NCBI GenBank assembly: GCA_051294375.1
Contig: CM119263.1
Coordinates: forward strand, 29,522,186-29,586,185
Direction: 5' to 3'
From: Paraspadella gotoi
Taxonomy: Eukaryota > Animalia > Chaetognatha
DNA length: 64,000 bases
The translations under genes were made by a program, and so were the position numbers. Below are positions 39,101-51,333 of the stretch, piece by piece. Each line of letters opens with the position of its first letter. Within the stretch, counting starts at the first letter, position 1. The notes beneath the pieces are model-generated. The model did not search any database and was not told the DNA's origin. It saw nothing but the letters and a program-made list of their open reading frames with translations.

Positions 39101-39680
39101 TCATCAATACATCATCTAAAAATAACATCCTGATCGTTATTTTCTTAATAGTCGTCGTGTCGTCCGTCGTCGTCTCGTTGTTTCTCTCTACTCCCCCCTC
39201 GCCCCCTGTCTCGGTTGGAGAAATATAAATATCGGTTTGAAGCCTTTTTTTCAAAAACATTTGAGGATGATATTTTTTTCTTCTCGCTCGTTGACTTTTA
39301 ATTGGGCGAATTGGTAAACAAGGAAATGGGGCTGCGAAAGTTTATAAAAAATAAACAGAAAATAAACAAGGAGACGAACGACGAACGACGAAGCGACGAC
39401 GACGACGACGACGTAGATCATCATTAATAAGAAGAGACGAGGAAGACAGAGCAAGTGACGTGAACGACAACGACAACAGACAATTCTTAGTAGAACAACG
39501 AACAACGACTTCAGAGATGTGATGTATCTGGTTTTCTTCGGTTTTAGCTCTGTTTAGTGAAATACTAAACATAAGAGCTCTGAAAATGAGACATTAGCAT
39601 AAGAATCCCGGATGAGTGTCCATACACTAAACGGTTTTTGTTAATCAGTTATAGAAACTACATATAAATAATCAGAAATA
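36131..39680 (+). other. Noisy duplicate of 32011-33990 and the flank to ~35415 (alternative haplotype or raw read)
   Basis: Many collinear anchors, e.g. tgcttggtta..ccaataaaaaaa, cgtggatgaattt, gaatccttttgcttgagg, gtcctcgccttcgtcaaaatttcatttttgtc and aacaaggagacgaacgacg. Confidence 0.85.
36520..37100 (-). pseudogene. Probable CRESS-DNA virus (circovirus-like) Rep SF3 helicase fragment, heavily frameshifted
   Basis: On the minus strand, in order: RRNWKAHCVRI, GRSGK (Walker A-like, ~37037-37051), WDH..Y.G, IFD-DY (Walker B-like, ~36928-36943), FTPRVI (motif C region, 36819-36836) and EW. Spacing is close to circovirus Rep; several indels must be assumed. Confidence 0.4.
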
Positions 39681-42152
39681 TGAATAGGTGTGATATTTTA
39701 GAAGGGTATATTATTATGTTATATATAGTCTGGGGAGTAGTCCAATATGCTTGTTCAATTATATATAAGTAAAAATTTATCAGGAATCCTAATGAATAAA
39801 CGTTATCGGATGGTAAATTATAAATATCGGTCTATCTGTTCTGCATATGCCATTAGATCCAGAAGTCCACTAGAGGGCTTCGTGACTGCAACCATTGGAC
39901 GATAAAATTTCCGAGAGGTAGGTCTGCGAGAAGACGTTCGATCAGAAGTGTATTGATGGAACTCAGACTCTCCAGAGGAGCGTCTTTGCGCAGAAATATA
40001 CTATCCGCACCTATTGTTGATTACTCTGATTTTCCATCTGCTTAGTTTGTTGTCTTTCTAATCCGTTATTCTTACACTCGGTCGGTTGAGGGGTCGACGG
40101 CCGTGGATAAGAGAAACTCGAGAGCTTTCCCGGTCTCTTTTCAATAATGTTAACTTTGAGAAACTTTAACTTTTAGATCAATCCTTAATTAACTTATTTA
40201 TTCAACCTTAATAATAAATAGCAGGATCTTGAATGATCATATTGTAATATTATGGTACCATTATCATGTCATTTATCTGCATGCGATAACTCTCCTTTAA
40301 ACTAACCCTTCCCACTCACCGAGACCCAGTCGCCTCACCGGCGGCGATTGATCCGCGTGACTCAAATTCATTCAGTAATTTTTCTTCGATTTCTGGTCCA
40401 ACCTTTTTATTTTCTCTCTTCAGCTCGTACTCAACATATACGGTTCCTCGGCGTCGTCTCGAGCGATCGGGTGCTCGCCTCGATGCGCGTGAGCGCGGGT
40501 CGATCTCTCGGACTCGTTATCATCTCTCTCGGACGCGCGACTGAACGTCTCTCGCCCTTCGAAGCAAGGCGGATTGCGCCTCGCTTGTTCCGGGCAACCG
40601 TAAGCGGGCGTGCGTTACGGATTCTCGAAAGACTCTCTCCTGGCCGGCGGTTCCAAAAGCGCCACACGAGATTTGACTGGATCGAGGGAAGACGTTCCAT
40701 CTGGTGAAAATTACGAGACGGGAAATATCTACGAATGAATCGTTCCAGATTTGTTTAAACTCGCGCTAAACCTGTGGTGGCCAAAAAACGGGCAGAAAAG
40801 CCCTCCGCGGAATCCCAAGAACAAATAGCCAACGTCCATTAAAAGTAAGCGCACTTCTCGATGCGGTGGAATCGTCGTCAGAAGATTTTATTATCAGATC
40901 GGACTCTTGACTCAACGTCCTTCTCCTCAATTTGGCGCCAGCATTAATTGCGCCTCGATTTTTGCCCCCCCCGCTCAACCACACGGTGACGCAACATCGG
41001 AAGGAATTTGACTAAAAAACAGAGAAGAAGATGATACTGAAATGACTGGAATGAACTGGATTATTCTTTCCTTCCTTTCCTCTCTTCACCCTCAATGAAG
41101 GGGATGACGACTCAGAGAGAAGGAGACTCTTGCAGGAGTACGCACATTTCTTTCCCAGGTACAAATCTCTTTAAAGCTTTTGTCGCCACAGAAGAGAAAA
41201 AAGTGAAAGGCGTCGGGCGGCGTCGGTCCAAGATCTCTCTCGGTCTCCTCTCTCTCTCTTCTCAGTTTCCGCCCTCGCGTTAAGTTTTTTCTTTTTTCTG
41301 TCTGTATGAGGTTCAGTGTGAATAGAGTGCAGACTCATACGCTTAAAATGGAGCTAAGAGTCGCAATTTCGAGTAGGGCTTCCCTATTTGTGGGATGCAG
41401 GAATTTCTCTCTCTCGGCACACAAAAGACAACACTTTTTTCCCACCTCCCAGTATTGTTCTTGACTCGGAGACAGGACGCGAGAGGGAGTGGGAAGAAGG
41501 AGGGAGTAGAGATGAGAGTCAGAAGGGTAGGGATGTCTTAGCATTTGAGAAGAGATTAAGAGACGGAGAGAAGAGAGAGAAGTGACTGATGAGAGAGAAC
41601 CTTGTATATGAAAGTCAGGAGAGAGATTTGAGAGGAGAGGAGAGAGAAAGAGGGAAGAAAGGAAAGTAGAGGAAGTGAATATCGCAGGACGAGAAAGAAT
41701 GTACTAGGAGAACGAACGAGGAGATGAGCAACGTTCGAGATTGAGAAGAGAGATGAGGAGAGAAACGAGGAGAGAGAAACCAGAAGGTATGTTGGGTTAA
41801 GAGAGGAAATTAAGATGTATAGAATAAAAAAAAAAAAACAACTTTACGAAATGAGAAAATACTAACTTGAGCTGTCTTAGAGTTTTTTAATTTGTATAAA
41901 CAAATATTCCACATATTGTGTTAAAACTTTCTTTTTTCACGTTGTGTTATTTAGGGTTAATTGAAAATGACAAAGACCAAAAGTCCTGATGTAGTATAAA
42001 AAGGAAATTAGACAAGCCAAAAAAATTTATGACACCTTTGTTTGAATAATAGACGGTAGGAGGTCAGAGGGAAGGGCTCTTCTGCTATTTAGTAGATGGA
42101 CAGAGAGAGAGAGAGAGAGAGAAGAGAAGGACAGAGAGAAAGCTATAGTTGT

Positions 42153-42206
<54 letters not shown>

Positions 42207-43975
42207 AAAAGATATAAAAGGAGGAAAGGTCAATTTAGATTGGTAGAATGAGAAAAGAGAATAAAGAAAAGAGATGGAAGTGAGTGAAGTAAAGATTAAG
42301 GAAGACGAGAGACAATAGAGACAGAAGACAGATAGAGAGAGAGAAGAGCCGTTGAGGGGGCGAGGATTCTAGTTTCGGGTCAAACGCTTGTCGTTTCAAC
42401 GAAAAGGTGAGGCTCAGTTTTGTATGAGGGTGAGGCGGGTGAGAAAGAGAAGAGGTGAGGTGAGGTGAAGTGAAGTTGAAGTGATAAGCGAAGCGTTGAG
42501 GTGAGCTTCGTTTTGGGTGAGGGAAACGAGTTGGTAAGTGTGTAGTTACGCTGCCAATTAGGGCATTGCAAAAAAAGTTTCACAGCGCTAATAGGAATGA
42601 CATGGGTATACCATCAGCTTATGACCATTAGGTACCGGAATCGATCCCCAATGGTACTTACCCCGCGGGAAACGTGAGGACGACGGCCCTAAGCCTCCTT
42701 GGGGGCCTGGAAAACCCTGAAGCCTGGTTCCAAACCCAGGACCCGTTTCATGGCCTCACTTAGCGCCTTTCTGAAGCACTTCTGAAAATGAATAAATGAT
42801 TTTGTTTCGATTGACAAGTTATTAATGTTATCATTTGTTCATAGGGAAATATTATCGTTTTTCCATTAAACTTTGGCTTAACACATCCTGTTGCTGTTTT
42901 TTAAAATTTTATTTCTGCAGGACCGTAAATAAAATTGTTTTGTTTCAACTTCTCATCTATTTTTTCTTTTCAAATACGCCAACGACTTTCAATCGCTCAT
43001 CTCCTGCGCCACTGATGACGGCAGATGGATCGGGGTCACCAGAAGCGAATCCAATCCTTGACTCAACGATGTGTTCAAACGAGATCAGGATTATTTCCAT
43101 TTCTTTTACTTGGGCGACCGTGAAACTATTTACCGACGAAATTTGTCTTTTGTAGTGAGTTAAAGTTTTCAGTTTTCTTGGAATGAGAGACAGAGACAGA
43201 GAGATATACAGAGTGAGGGAAAAAGAGAGAGAGAGACAGAGAGAAAAAGAAAGAGACAGAATCAATTTGCTATTTCGCTTCTTCAAATACGAAAAAAATT
43301 GTCGAGAAATAAATAAAAGGGCGACTTACTTTGCGTCTTAATGCCATTTCTCCTCCTCTTCAATTTTTNNNNNNNNNNNNNNNNNNNNNNNNNNNNNNNN
43401 NNNNNNNNNNNNNNNNNNNNNNNNNNNNNNNNNNNNNNNNNNNNNNNNNNNNNNNNNNNNNNNNNNNNNNNNNNNNNNNNNNNNNNNNNNNNNNNNNNNN
43501 NNNNNNNNNNNNNNNNNNNNNNNNNNNNNNNNNNNNNNNNNNNNNNNNNNNNNNNNNNNNNNNNNNNNNNNNNNNNNNNNNNNNNNNNNNNNNNNNNNNN
43601 NNNNNNNNNNNNNNNNNNNNNNNNNNNNNNNNNNNNNNNNNNNNNNNNNNNNNNNNNNNNNNNNNNNNNNNNNNNNNNNNNNNNNNNNNNNNNNNNNNNN
43701 NNNNNNNNNNNNNNNNNNNNNNNNNNNNNNNNNNNNNNNNNNNNNNNNNNNNNNNNNNNNNNNNNNNNNNNNNNNNNNNNNNNNNNNNNNNNNNNNNNNN
43801 NNNNNNNNNNNNGATTACATATTTAACCGGGCGTATAATTTGATAATATATGTTTACCTCTTCGATTAATTTAGTTTTGCTAAATGATTTCAATTTTAGA
43901 AAATATGTATTCCACAGAAAGCAAAGAAAAAAAAACAGACGAATCAAAAATATCAAAAAAAGAAAAGTCATTCTT

Positions 43976-44134
43976 GGCTCTATTTTCCCAGAACGCCTCA
44001 TTTCATCCGAAATTAAGTTATTTTTAAATTAAAAAAAAAATAAGGATTAGGTTAATGATTAGGGTTAGGGATTAGGGTTAGGAAGTAATTTTAAGATTAA
44101 AGAACAAAAATGGGGGCTTTTGGAAAATAGAGCC
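43976..44134. mobile_element. Small MITE with internal TTAGGG-like repeats
   Basis: GGCTCTATTTTCC at the left and GGAAAATAGAGCC at the right, with imperfect pairing to ~27 bp; internal gattagggttaggg motifs. Confidence 0.65.
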
Positions 44135-44599
44135 CAATTCTTTTTCCTCTTCAGTCGTTATTCAGTTCAGTAAAGAGACACAAAATCGTTTTTTCTTTTT
44201 ATTATTCTTTTTGTCTTTTCTAATTTCAGCTTTGTTATTTCTTTTTGTCAAATTTTATCTNNNNNNNNNNNNNNNNNNNNNNNNNNNNNNNNNNNNNNNN
44301 NNNNNNNNNNNNNNNNNNNNNNNNNNNNNNNNNNNNNNNNNNNNNNNNNNNNNNNNNNNNNNNNNNNNNNNNNNNNNNNNNNNNNNNNNNNNNNNNNNNN
44401 NNNNNNNNNNNNNNNNNNNNNNNNNNNNNNNNNNNNNNNNNNNNNNNNNNNNNNNNNNNNNNNNNNNNNNNNNNNNNNNNNNNNNNNNNNNNNNNNNNNN
44501 NNNNNNNNNNNNNNNNNNNNNNNNNNNNCTCTCTCTCTCTCTCTCTCTGACGACGACCAAATCCTCAGTCAGCGAAATCCACTTTAGTTATGCGTCTCT

Positions 44600-44765
44600 T
44601 TCTCCAGTGCCCTTTTGCCACCTGTGCTCTTTTTCCACCCGTGCCCTTTTGCCACTTGTGCCTTTTAGCCACCTGTGACATTTTTCCACTTTTGCCCTTT
44701 TAGCGCTTTTACCATTTTTGCACTTTTGCACCTTTGCCAACCATTTTTTGGTGTTTAGCCACCAG
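44600..44765. repeat. Degenerate minisatellite (tgcccttttgccacc)
   Basis: Repeated tgccctttt/ccacc units. Confidence 0.65.
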
Positions 44766-45372
44766 ATGATCACAAGCGCTATTCCTCCTTTTCTCTTTTG
44801 CTTTATTCTATTTGTTTTGTTCTTTTGCTATTTTGCTACTTTTCTCCGTTGCTTCTTGTCCAATGAATGCCACCCTCATTCCGTTTCTCCAGAACCCATT
44901 TCCCCCCCCCCGAGCCAAACCCCCGGATGTTCATTTCTCGCCCCGAAGCCAGAAAACCGCATCCGGGTTACGCTCAAGAGTCTTTCTCGTGACAATCGCA
45001 GATTTTCTAGTCGCTTCAATTTTCACGTGAGAGTGACATTGTGACGGCGACGGTTATATTCACTGGTCAGTGACATCTCGACCTCCGCTTATATGACCTT
45101 TTTTTAGTGACCTCGTCTCGTGACCTTGAGCTTTGACCTTCCGAGTTTTTGACTCAGATGTTTGACCCTCAGGGATTATGATCTTTGACCTCGGCCGAGA
45201 TACGACGACGCTCAGGCTTTCATCTTCTTCGGCATCAAGGTCGGAGTCTTGGTGAGTGGCATTATGAAAGGCATCAAGAGTGGCATTGTGAGTGGCATAA
45301 AGAGTGGCAGGGTTTTTGTAAAATTTTTGATGTCCCTGAAGTGTAAAAAATGGATAAAACCATTATAAAATG

Positions 45373-45480
45373 ATTCATTCATTCATTCATTCATTCATTC
45401 ATTCATTCATTCATTCATTTATTCATTCATTCATTCATTCATTCATTCATTCATTCATTCATTCATTCATTCATTCATTT
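45373..45480. repeat. (ATTC)n microsatellite
   Basis: Direct. Confidence 0.97.
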
Positions 45481-46342
45481 ATTTATAAATAGGCTGATAT
45501 TGTCTAATGTCCAATGTAACAGAAAAAATTTTTGGTAAAAAAATTATAAATATTGCCTAACATTTATTGCGAGGTGACAGATGTTTAATTTTATATTTTA
45601 ACTCTATTGATCTCGATAAAAAATGCATATTGACCACAGTATGAGAGACGTCGTTTCTGACATAATGACCCCCCCATAAGGACGACCCATCTGGAGTTGC
45701 TTCTAACCCTTTCCACAATAAGGACAGACGTTTTTAACCCCCGTAACGATCCACGTCTCTCGCCTGGCATCTTGACCTCCATCCCGCCTGACGGACCAGG
45801 CCCTTTGTTTATTCCATCCTCGCGCGTCCTCCATCTCGAGAGAGACAAAAAAATATGGCGGCCGTTTTCCNNNNNNNNNNNNNNNNNNNNNNNNNNNNNN
45901 NNNNNNNNNNNNNNNNNNNNNNNNNNNNNNNNNNNNNNNNNNNNNNNNNNNNNNNNNNNNNNNNNNNNNNNNNNNNNNNNNNNNNNNNNNNNNNNNNNNN
46001 NNNNNNNNNNNNNNNNNNNNNNNNNNNNNNNNNNNNNNNNNNNNNNNNNNNNNNNNNNNNNNNNNNNNNNNNNNNNNNNNNTCGCGACTTTCTTATCCTT
46101 TGTTTTTGTTTCGTGGACTTTCTGTCTTTCTGTTTTTTCGATCTTTCTTCTGTTTTATTTTCTTTCTGTCTTTCTTTCTTTCTTTTTCCTACATTTTTCC
46201 TCATCTATTTTTTCTCTTTCTCTGTTTTCTTTCTTTCTTTCCCCCCCTTTTTTTTCTTTTACTTATTTTTTTATTTATCTTGTTTACTAAGGTTCTAAAA
46301 ATAAATACAACGACGCGACACCATCTCCAAGAATAAATGATA

Positions 46343-46400
46343 TGGCGGAGATTCGAACTCTGAACCTTTCGTATCGCGCAGCCCGGATTCGTAGCGTCTA
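46343..46400 (-). mobile_element. tRNA-derived SINE head or tRNA pseudogene fragment
   Basis: Minus strand ...gagTTCGAATctccgcca gives a B-box/T-arm hairpin; the 5' part runs into an N gap. Confidence 0.4.
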
Positions 46401-48631
46401 ATTTAATNNNNNNNNNNNNNNNNNNNNNNNNNNNNNNNNNNNNNNNNNNNNNNNNNNNNNNNNNNNNNNNNNNNNNNNNNNNNNNNNNNNNNNNNNNNNN
46501 NNNNNNNNNNNNNNNNNNNNNNNNNNNNNNNNNNNNNNNNNNNNNNNNNNNNNNNNNNNNNNNNNNNNNNNNNNNNNNNNNNNNNNNNNNNNNNNNNNNN
46601 NNNNNNNNNNNNNNNNNNNNNNNNNNNNNNNNNNNNNNNNNNNNNNNNNNNNNNNNNNNNNNNNNNNNNNNNNNNNNNNNNNNNNNNNNNNNNNNNNNNN
46701 NNNNNNNNNNNNNNNNNNNNNNNNNNNNNNNNNNNNNNNNNNNNNNNNNNNNNNNNNNNNNNNNNNNNNNNNNNNNNNNNNNNNNNNNNNNNNNNNNNNN
46801 NNNNNNNNNNNNNNNNNNNNNNNNNNNNNNNNNNNNNNNNNNNNNNNNNNNNNNNNNNNNNNNNNNNNNNNNNNNNNNNNNNNNNNNNNNNNNNNNNNNN
46901 NNNNNNNNNNNNNNNNNNNNNNNNNNNNNNNNNNNNNNNNNNNNNNNNNNNNNNNNNNNNNNNNNNNNNNNNNNNNNNNNNNNNNNNNNNNNNNNNNNNN
47001 NNNNNNNNNNNNNNNNNNNNNNNNNNNNNNNNNNNNNNNNNNNNNNNNNNNNNNNNNNNNNNNNNNNNNNNNNNNNNNNNNNNNNNNNNNNNNNNNNNNN
47101 NNNNNNNNNNNNNNNNNNNNNNNNNNNNNNNTCTCCAAATCGATCCTTACCAAACTTACCTTTGGCTCTGCCTCTGATCCTCTTCCCCTAACTCCTCCTA
47201 CTTTACTTACCTCTTCCCTCGAAAACAACTTNNNNNNNNNNNNNNNNNNNNNNNNNNNNNNNNNNNNNNNNNNNNNNNNNNNNNNNNNNNNNNNNNNNNN
47301 NNNNNNNNNNNNNNNNNNNNNNNNNNNNNNNNNNNNNNNNNNNNNNNNNNNNNNNNNNNNNNNNNNNNNNNNNNNNNNNNNNNNNNNNNNNNNNNNNNNN
47401 NNNNNNNNNNNNNNNNNNNNNNTTTTTTTTTTAAGATGGCGGTCGGCGCGACTGACGACAGCCTCTTCCTTTGTGATCGAGAAAGTTGACATTTTTGGGG
47501 ACACAATGTTGTGAGAAATCACGGTGACTCTGAAGACGATATTCAGAGTTGAGTTGAAGACAAAGATGTGAACGTTAAAGGAAGTCACAAAAATGAAGAG
47601 ATTAAGTTAAGGTAATGAAAAGAGAGAATCAGTCACTTACATAAATTGAAAACTGACAAACAATTACCAATTAGATTGAAACAACAACAACAACAACAAC
47701 AACAACATGATGGTTTCAGCGACGACGACGACGACGATTACGACGACGACGATGACGAACGCGGCGGCGAGGACGAAGAAATTTAGTGCCTCCAAAAATA
47801 GAGTCGAATTTGTGTCGTCGTCGACGTCGTCGTCGTCGTCGTCGTCGTCGGACTTGTCCCGACTCGTTGTTTCAGGTACGAGACAGCGTTGTAAGTTCAA
47901 GCGAGAGAGAGAGAGAGATGAGAGAGAGATGAGAGAGAGATGAGAGACGAGAGAAGAGAGAGAGAGAGAGAATGAGAAGAGAGGAGAGAAGAGGCGAGAG
48001 TGCTTAAAAACTTATAACAATTTTCTCAAGAGAAAGACGACTCGACATTGATCGAATTGTAGTCGTGAAGCGAAAGGAAAAGAAGGAAGCAAAGGACAAT
48101 GATTTCATTGGTGATGCGTCTAAAAAAAAAAGGTTCTTCCTTATTTAAAAAAAAAGAACTAATATTCCTCCATTGGTCCATTGATTGTCCAAAGTAACTG
48201 ACCAAAGAAATCACCGTCTCACAAACTCGAAACCCACGCGCCATCTCTCCGACATTCGTGAATCCGTTCACATTCCGACGCCGACTGTGAAATCGGAAGA
48301 AAAAAAATCTGGATTTTGGTCATAAAGAAAAATCGTGACAGTTTTTGTGAGAAAAACGAGATTCACTTTGCGACGCCGACGGTGAAAAGAAAATGTGATG
48401 TTCACAGCCCACGATTTTTTTCTTGCGTCACCGACGAGAGAAAAAGCATCTTTTGTGAACTTTAGCTTTTTGCTTCACGGATTTTGGTCTGTGTGTCTGT
48501 TGGTCTGTCTGTTTGATTGTCATTCTATCTGTATGTCTGTTCTCCCTTCAATCCGTCGCTTTATCCGTTTATATGTGTGAATAAAAGTCTGTTTGTTTAT
48601 TTTTATGACTGTTTCTCTCGCTAACTCTCTA

Positions 48632-48669
<38 letters not shown>

Positions 48670-51299
48670 CGGTTTCTCTTCCACTAAATTCCCCCAGTTA
48701 AGTCCCCTTTCCTCGCTAAAACTTCGTTAAAGACGTGACTCGCTGTACATATTCTCCGTTTCCAACGAGTTTCTCTATTTTTTTTTCTTCTCTCTTATTT
48801 TCCTCCCCAAAATCTCCGCAGATGATTCATGGACACCAACGAAGCCGCGAGAAGCGGAACCTCTCTTCCCCCCCCCAACAAAATATCCCGGCCGGTTTTT
48901 GGCCAAAAAGGGAAACTGAGCTACTATAACTTTCACTCGGTTGTTAAATATTGGAAAGTCGATGTCAATCCTAATCCTTGGGCATTTTTTTTGTTGAAAA
49001 AGAGGGGGTGGGAGAGAGGGAGGAGTGGGGGAGTGAGGGAGGAAAGGGAGAGAGGGGAGGAAGGGGAGGAAGGGGAGAGAAAGGAAATGAGGGAGGAAGG
49101 AGAGAGAAAAAGTAGAGAGAGTGGAAAGGATAGAATGGGAGAGAAAGAAAAGGGAGAGAGGAAAGCAAAGAGGAGAATAAAGGAGGAAAGGAAAAGGGGG
49201 AACAATGGCGAGAAAAGGGAGAGAAACAAAGAGAGAATTAAAGGGGAAAAAAGAATGAAAGGGAAAAAAGAAAAGAAAAAAAATAAAAAAAAGAAAAGAA
49301 AAGAAAAGAAAAGAAAAGAAAAGAAAAGAAAAGAAAAGAAAAGAAAAGAAAAGAAAAGAAAAGAAATATTAAAAAGGACGCAAAGAGATCAACGTCCCTA
49401 AAACGAGGATGCACAGAGAAAAACTGAAAAACTGAAAAAATCCCTGACGGAGAAAGATTCGGACGAGACTCGGGAATTTCCTTCAGGCGTCGACCGGAAG
49501 TGGGCGTGGCCACTGCGCAATCTCGAAAATCGTGATATATCTTCGCCATAAGATGAGATTCTTCTCGCGGGCAAAAAGGGTGAGACCAGCTGTTTGCGTC
49601 GGTGCACCTTGGAAAGAGAGAGGGGGAGAGAGGGAGAGAGAGAGAGGGGGAGAGAGAGAGTGGGGGAATTGAAATTAGGAGGAAGGGACGGAGGGAGAGA
49701 GAGGTGGAGGGGGGAGGAAGAGAGAGAGAGAGAGGAGAGAGAGAGGTCAAGATAGTCTACCGTATTTAATAAATGAATGGATATTTTTATATCTTTATAT
49801 TGGTTGTACCAATTTCATAAAGTTTTTTTTTAAATAAATATTAAATGTTGCTCCTTTTGCTTTACAAATAATAATATAATATGGCAGAGTGGATGATATA
49901 AATGTAAGGAGAAGATAGATTGTAATAGTAGAAAAGAAAATTGGAGGAAAGAAAAACGGGGGAAAAAATAGGAGGAAAGTTTAAAAAAAGAAATGGAGAG
50001 GAGGTTCGGTTCGCCTCATGCAGAAATCCGATGGATATCGTTTTATTCCTTGAGGGGAATAATATCCCGGAGGGAGGGAGGGAGAGAGGGAGAGAGTGAG
50101 AGGGAGACAGGGGAGGAGAGAGAGAGAGAGGAGAGAGTAGAGAGAGAGAGAGAGAGAGAGAGGACGAGAGAGGGAGCGGAGGAGGAGACGAGAGTAGAGA
50201 GACGAAGAGAGAGAGAGAGAGAAAGAGAGAGAGAATAAGAAAAAAGTTAAAAAAATTAATTAATAAATAAATCAAAGAACAAATCAAAGAAAAGGTTTTA
50301 GCGAGAGTCCTTTTTCCCCGCGAGAGGTTAAAGGGTTAAAAGGTTAATATCTCTCGATTTCCGATTCCAAGCGAACTTCTTGTTCTTATGTGCTTCTGTT
50401 CTTTTGTTTTTGATTTGTTTTTTTGTTATTGTTATTCTGTTTCCTCGTTTAAAAATCCAACTGTAAAAGAAAAACATGATGATTAAAAATCCATCTGTAA
50501 AAAGGCTTAGAGTCGATCCTCTTTTGTCCACCACGAAAAAGAAAATCGGATTTTCTGGGAGCAGATGTCTTTTTGTTTCTCTTCCGCCATGGGGAAGGAA
50601 GAGATTATGATTTCGTTTTCTCACCGCCAGAGGGAAAAAAAATCAGAGAAAGCGATGAATTTTATAGTTTTTTATTTTTATTTGTCTTTCGGGTTTTTCC
50701 TTTTTTCGTCAGACACTGAATTCGTTTATGATAATCTTTATTCTGAATTTGAGCTAAAATGGGCCGCTTTGAGAAAATAAGGCCTCATCATTTCCCTTAC
50801 CCTACCTTACCAAGCGGCTCGGTAGTCGAGATCCTGATTATTAGTAAGAAAGAAAATAAAATCGCCGCCCGAATTCTTTAAAAATTCCAATTGCCCGTTA
50901 GGAAATCATTTTGCTCCCTCTGTTCAAAGGACGGCCGCAAAAACTTCACCTAATTTGGAATTCTTTCTTGTCTTGTTTTCTTAACGAATGTAAACCAAAT
51001 CATAAAAATGAAAGCCACTTTGTATAATTAGACAATTGGCTTCCATTGGCTTTTCTGATTTAAATAAATCGATTCATCTAATTTTGTTCCCCATTTTTTA
51101 TCTCGACCTCAACGTAACTTAATTCCAACTATTGCGTTCAAATTTCTCTACTCCTTCCATCCGCCTCGTTTTCTTGGGGGGGTCAGGGTCAGAGTCAGGG
51201 TCAAGGGACCCGGGGTCAGGTTCAAAGTCAGGGTCACCTCAACCGTCTGCTGCCTCGAGAGAGAGAGAGAGAGTCTCTGAGGAAACGCGGTCGACGAAG

Positions 51300-51333
<34 letters not shown>

